NCBI RefSeq assembly: GCF_009914755.1
Contig: NC_060934.1
DNA length: 64,000 nt
Origin: the human T2T-CHM13v2.0 reference genome, Homo sapiens
Direction: 5' to 3' (one strand)
The notes under the pieces: model-generated
The model's input: only the letters and a program-made list of their open reading frames with translations
Database searches by the model: none
Told to the model about the DNA's origin: nothing
Part shown: positions 61,259 to 64,000 of the stretch, piece by piece
How the letters are laid out: every line of letters begins with the position of its first letter
Position numbering within the stretch: the stretch's first letter is position 1
Position numbers and translations under genes: made by a program

Positions 61259-61499
61259 TTTTTGAGAGACAAGGACTCGCTCTGTCACCCAAGCTGTATA
61301 GCAGTGGTGCGATCATAGCTCACTGAAGCTGTGAACTGAACTCAAGCGATCCTTGTTTCAGCCTCCCAGGTAGCTAGGACTACAGGCACACAACACGCCT
61401 GGCTAATTTTGTTTTTGTAGAGATGGGGTCTCACTATGTTGCCCAGGCTTGTCTGGAACTCCCAGCCTCAAGCAATCCTCCTGCCTTGGCCTCCCAAAG
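61259..61499 (-). mobile_element. AluJ, truncated
   Basis: Diverged antisense Alu. Confidence 0.85.
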
Positions 61500-62539
61500 G
61501 ACCTTTTTCTTATAATGACTCTAGCCTGTAACATCAAAATAAATAAATCTTTAAAACCACTTTTTAAACATATTGCATTTAATCAAACTTTAATGATCAA
61601 AGAAACAAAAATACTTGTGCTAGTCACTAACAGTCTGCTTTATACATGCCAGACAAGAATGCCCCTAAGATGGCTGAAATGCTCCATTTCGAGTGGTATT
61701 ACAAATGCCATGTAAGAGCTGCTATACTAACTTTTAAAAACAGCACTTTTAATTTAGAATTGCTTCTTCATATTGCAGATGAAGAGATGTGATGAGGAAA
61801 CCACGCTCTCTATATGCATGCAAGCTATTTGGAAGCTCTAATAAAAACTTGGGAAACAAAACGTCTACAGCAACTTTAATTCTTAGTCTACACTGAAACG
61901 TGAAAGGTAGTCAGGAGTTGTTGCCGATGGGATTAAAATTGTTTTTACTTTTCTTCAGTATTCTTTTCTATATTGTCTAAATGTTTCCTGATGAACACTG
62001 TCCATTTCAACTAAGAAAAGGCTAAGTCCATTCTGGAGGAAAAAAATGACAGTGGGAATTGTAACTAATATTTAAATCACTTGGAAATAGGATTCATTTT
62101 ATCACCAACCTACCAGGACCCTCTTTACTGTAAAGAGATAAAACACTAGTAAATGTATTGCATAAATATACCACAGACTATTATGAACAATTAAAGCACA
62201 CTTTATATTTTTTAAAATTTCTCTGTAAACGTTCTAAGATAAATTATATTTGAATTTGATAAAGTCCTATTTTGAATCCCTTTGGGTTATAAAAGTCTAT
62301 TCCCTAATTTATCTTGTGAAAATCCAGACTTCTGGCTTAAAATGGGATTTACTTTACTCTCTGAGAAAGGAATCCACCGTACTTTGATTTAGATAACCAC
62401 ATGGTCTGGAACTCCATTTAGTGAAAATTAAATTTTATGACTCATATAGCCAATGTTTTACCTCTGTTTTCTACATATTCACAGCAGGTGAAATGTGTTC
62501 AGGAATTTAAAGATGAAAACATATGTCTTTTAAGTAATG

Positions 62540-62576
62540 ACCACCAAGAGCCACTGCAGATAGAAACAGCTTTATT
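62540..62576 (-). terminator. Candidate poly(A) signal and cleavage region
   Basis: Minus strand reads AATAAA gctgtttctatctgcagtgg ctcttggtggtc (GU-rich downstream element), with a UGUA about 45 nt upstream. Confidence 0.6.
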
Positions 62577-64000
62577 TTTTCCATTCAGGCTTTATCAAAT
62601 AGCTTGTTCAAAAAGCATATACAAGAGCAAAAAATACCACATGCAGTCAAACTTCTTTTGCCTTATAGTCATTGGCTTTCTTTTAGAAAAGAGTGTGCAC
62701 TTGAATAACTTCTAATTCAAACATTTTCCAACTGTTTCTACTTCATTTTTCAAGTTAGCAACGACAGATACATTTTAGTTAACTGTTTCATATTCCTTAT
62801 CTTTATTCATACTGAAATAATATAAAGCCTATAAAATCAAAGCATATACTGTTCAGAAATCTGGAAAGGTTCTTTTACATAATAGATTCTGACACGTTAA
62901 GAAACTACACACAACAAATATTTGCAAAATGAATGAAAAATAGGATAAAGCTATTTAAAAGTCAACATAGTAATATTTATCTAAATAATTTTAATCAAAT
63001 GTACAACATATTTATCTGATATCATCTATCTTTTAGAATACAAAAAAGTGCTCAGATTACATTTAAAAAAATAACAAAAATCTCTTAGAATGGAAATAAT
63101 TTAAATAAGGACGGTAGCAAGGGGAATTGAAATTACATCTTTGCTCCCAAAACAGGAAGGCAGGTGTGATGTATTTGAAAATCAGAAAGGGACACAACAC
63201 TAAGATTGCAAATGCAAAGCTTCCTGCCTTGGAAAGATATAAACTGTCTTTGAAAAGTCCTTGTGTCTTTCTTTACAGAAAGTTACGAACATAAAATCAG
63301 ATCTCTCAGCTAGACTGCTGGTCAAGTAACAAGGTGGGTCACTTTTCTTGACTATGCTTTTCTAGTCCACTATCAGTATTCACTCAGCTGGGGCTCAAAA
63401 GGACAAATAGGTGTCCTTTTAAGACACTTTGACTACTTGGATCAATACACTAGCTATTCTCAAACCAACATAATGCATGAATACAGCAGCCAAGTAGAAG
63501 GATCTCCAATGCTCAAGTCACTCTGAGTCTTTGCTGGTGTCAACCTACAATGCCACCCTCAAGGAAAGCACAGTGGTTCACAGACAGGGATGATTCATCA
63601 TTTTCCTCTGAAAATGAATTCTGCAGGAAGAAACCAGAGTTGTGGTAAGATGTTGGAGTCAAGTTTTCTCTTCATCTGATATTCAAGGGTTGTGATCTTT
63701 ATGAATACCATTTTACATGCTAATCACAAAGACAAATGGAGGGAAGATACAGTGATAACACCAAGTTGGACATTCAAATGCTAAGGGAGCCAAGTACCAG
63801 CCCTACCCTGCTTATTTTTAATAATGCAGAGATTACTTACTACACTTTCTGAAGCCTTATTTTGAAATTTATTTCACATTTCAGACATGTCCATAATTTA
63901 CTGTTGAGGAAATAAAACAGCATGTAGAACATAATTCTATTTATATTAAAATTACATAGGTATGTGTGTATACATACATGACAGTTCTTTTCTCCTTCTG
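62550..64000 (-). other. Probable distal 3'UTR of an unidentified minus-strand gene
   Basis: Repeat-free and U-rich on the minus strand; AATAAA at 62571-62576 and 62802-62807; no CDS visible in the window. Confidence 0.6.

Overview
This is human genomic DNA: it is Alu-rich and carries a near-consensus AluYa5, a human-specific subfamily. The window is mostly intergenic or non-coding, and I can support no intact protein-coding exon. The recognisable gene-derived items are (i) a processed RPS15A pseudogene (35673-36182, +) with poly-A and a 17-bp target-site duplication (TSD), inserted into a MER5A-like element, and (ii) a probable terminal 3'UTR and poly(A) site of an unidentified minus-strand gene entering from the right edge (~62550-64000). 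The rest is about 27 Alus, L1PA/L1M fragments, MIR/L2 remnants, MaLR/ERV LTRs, hAT elements, microsatellites and several repeat-free stretches that look regulatory. I found no novel multi-gene system. The most notable observations are small-scale mutational structures: an 82-bp dispersed direct repeat with a 51-bp perfect core, a template-switch-like inversion inside an L1, a 3'-truncated Alu that keeps its TSD, and a young, possibly polymorphic AluYa5. Repeat subfamily names come from recalled consensus motifs, not from a search, and boundaries of old repeats are approximate.
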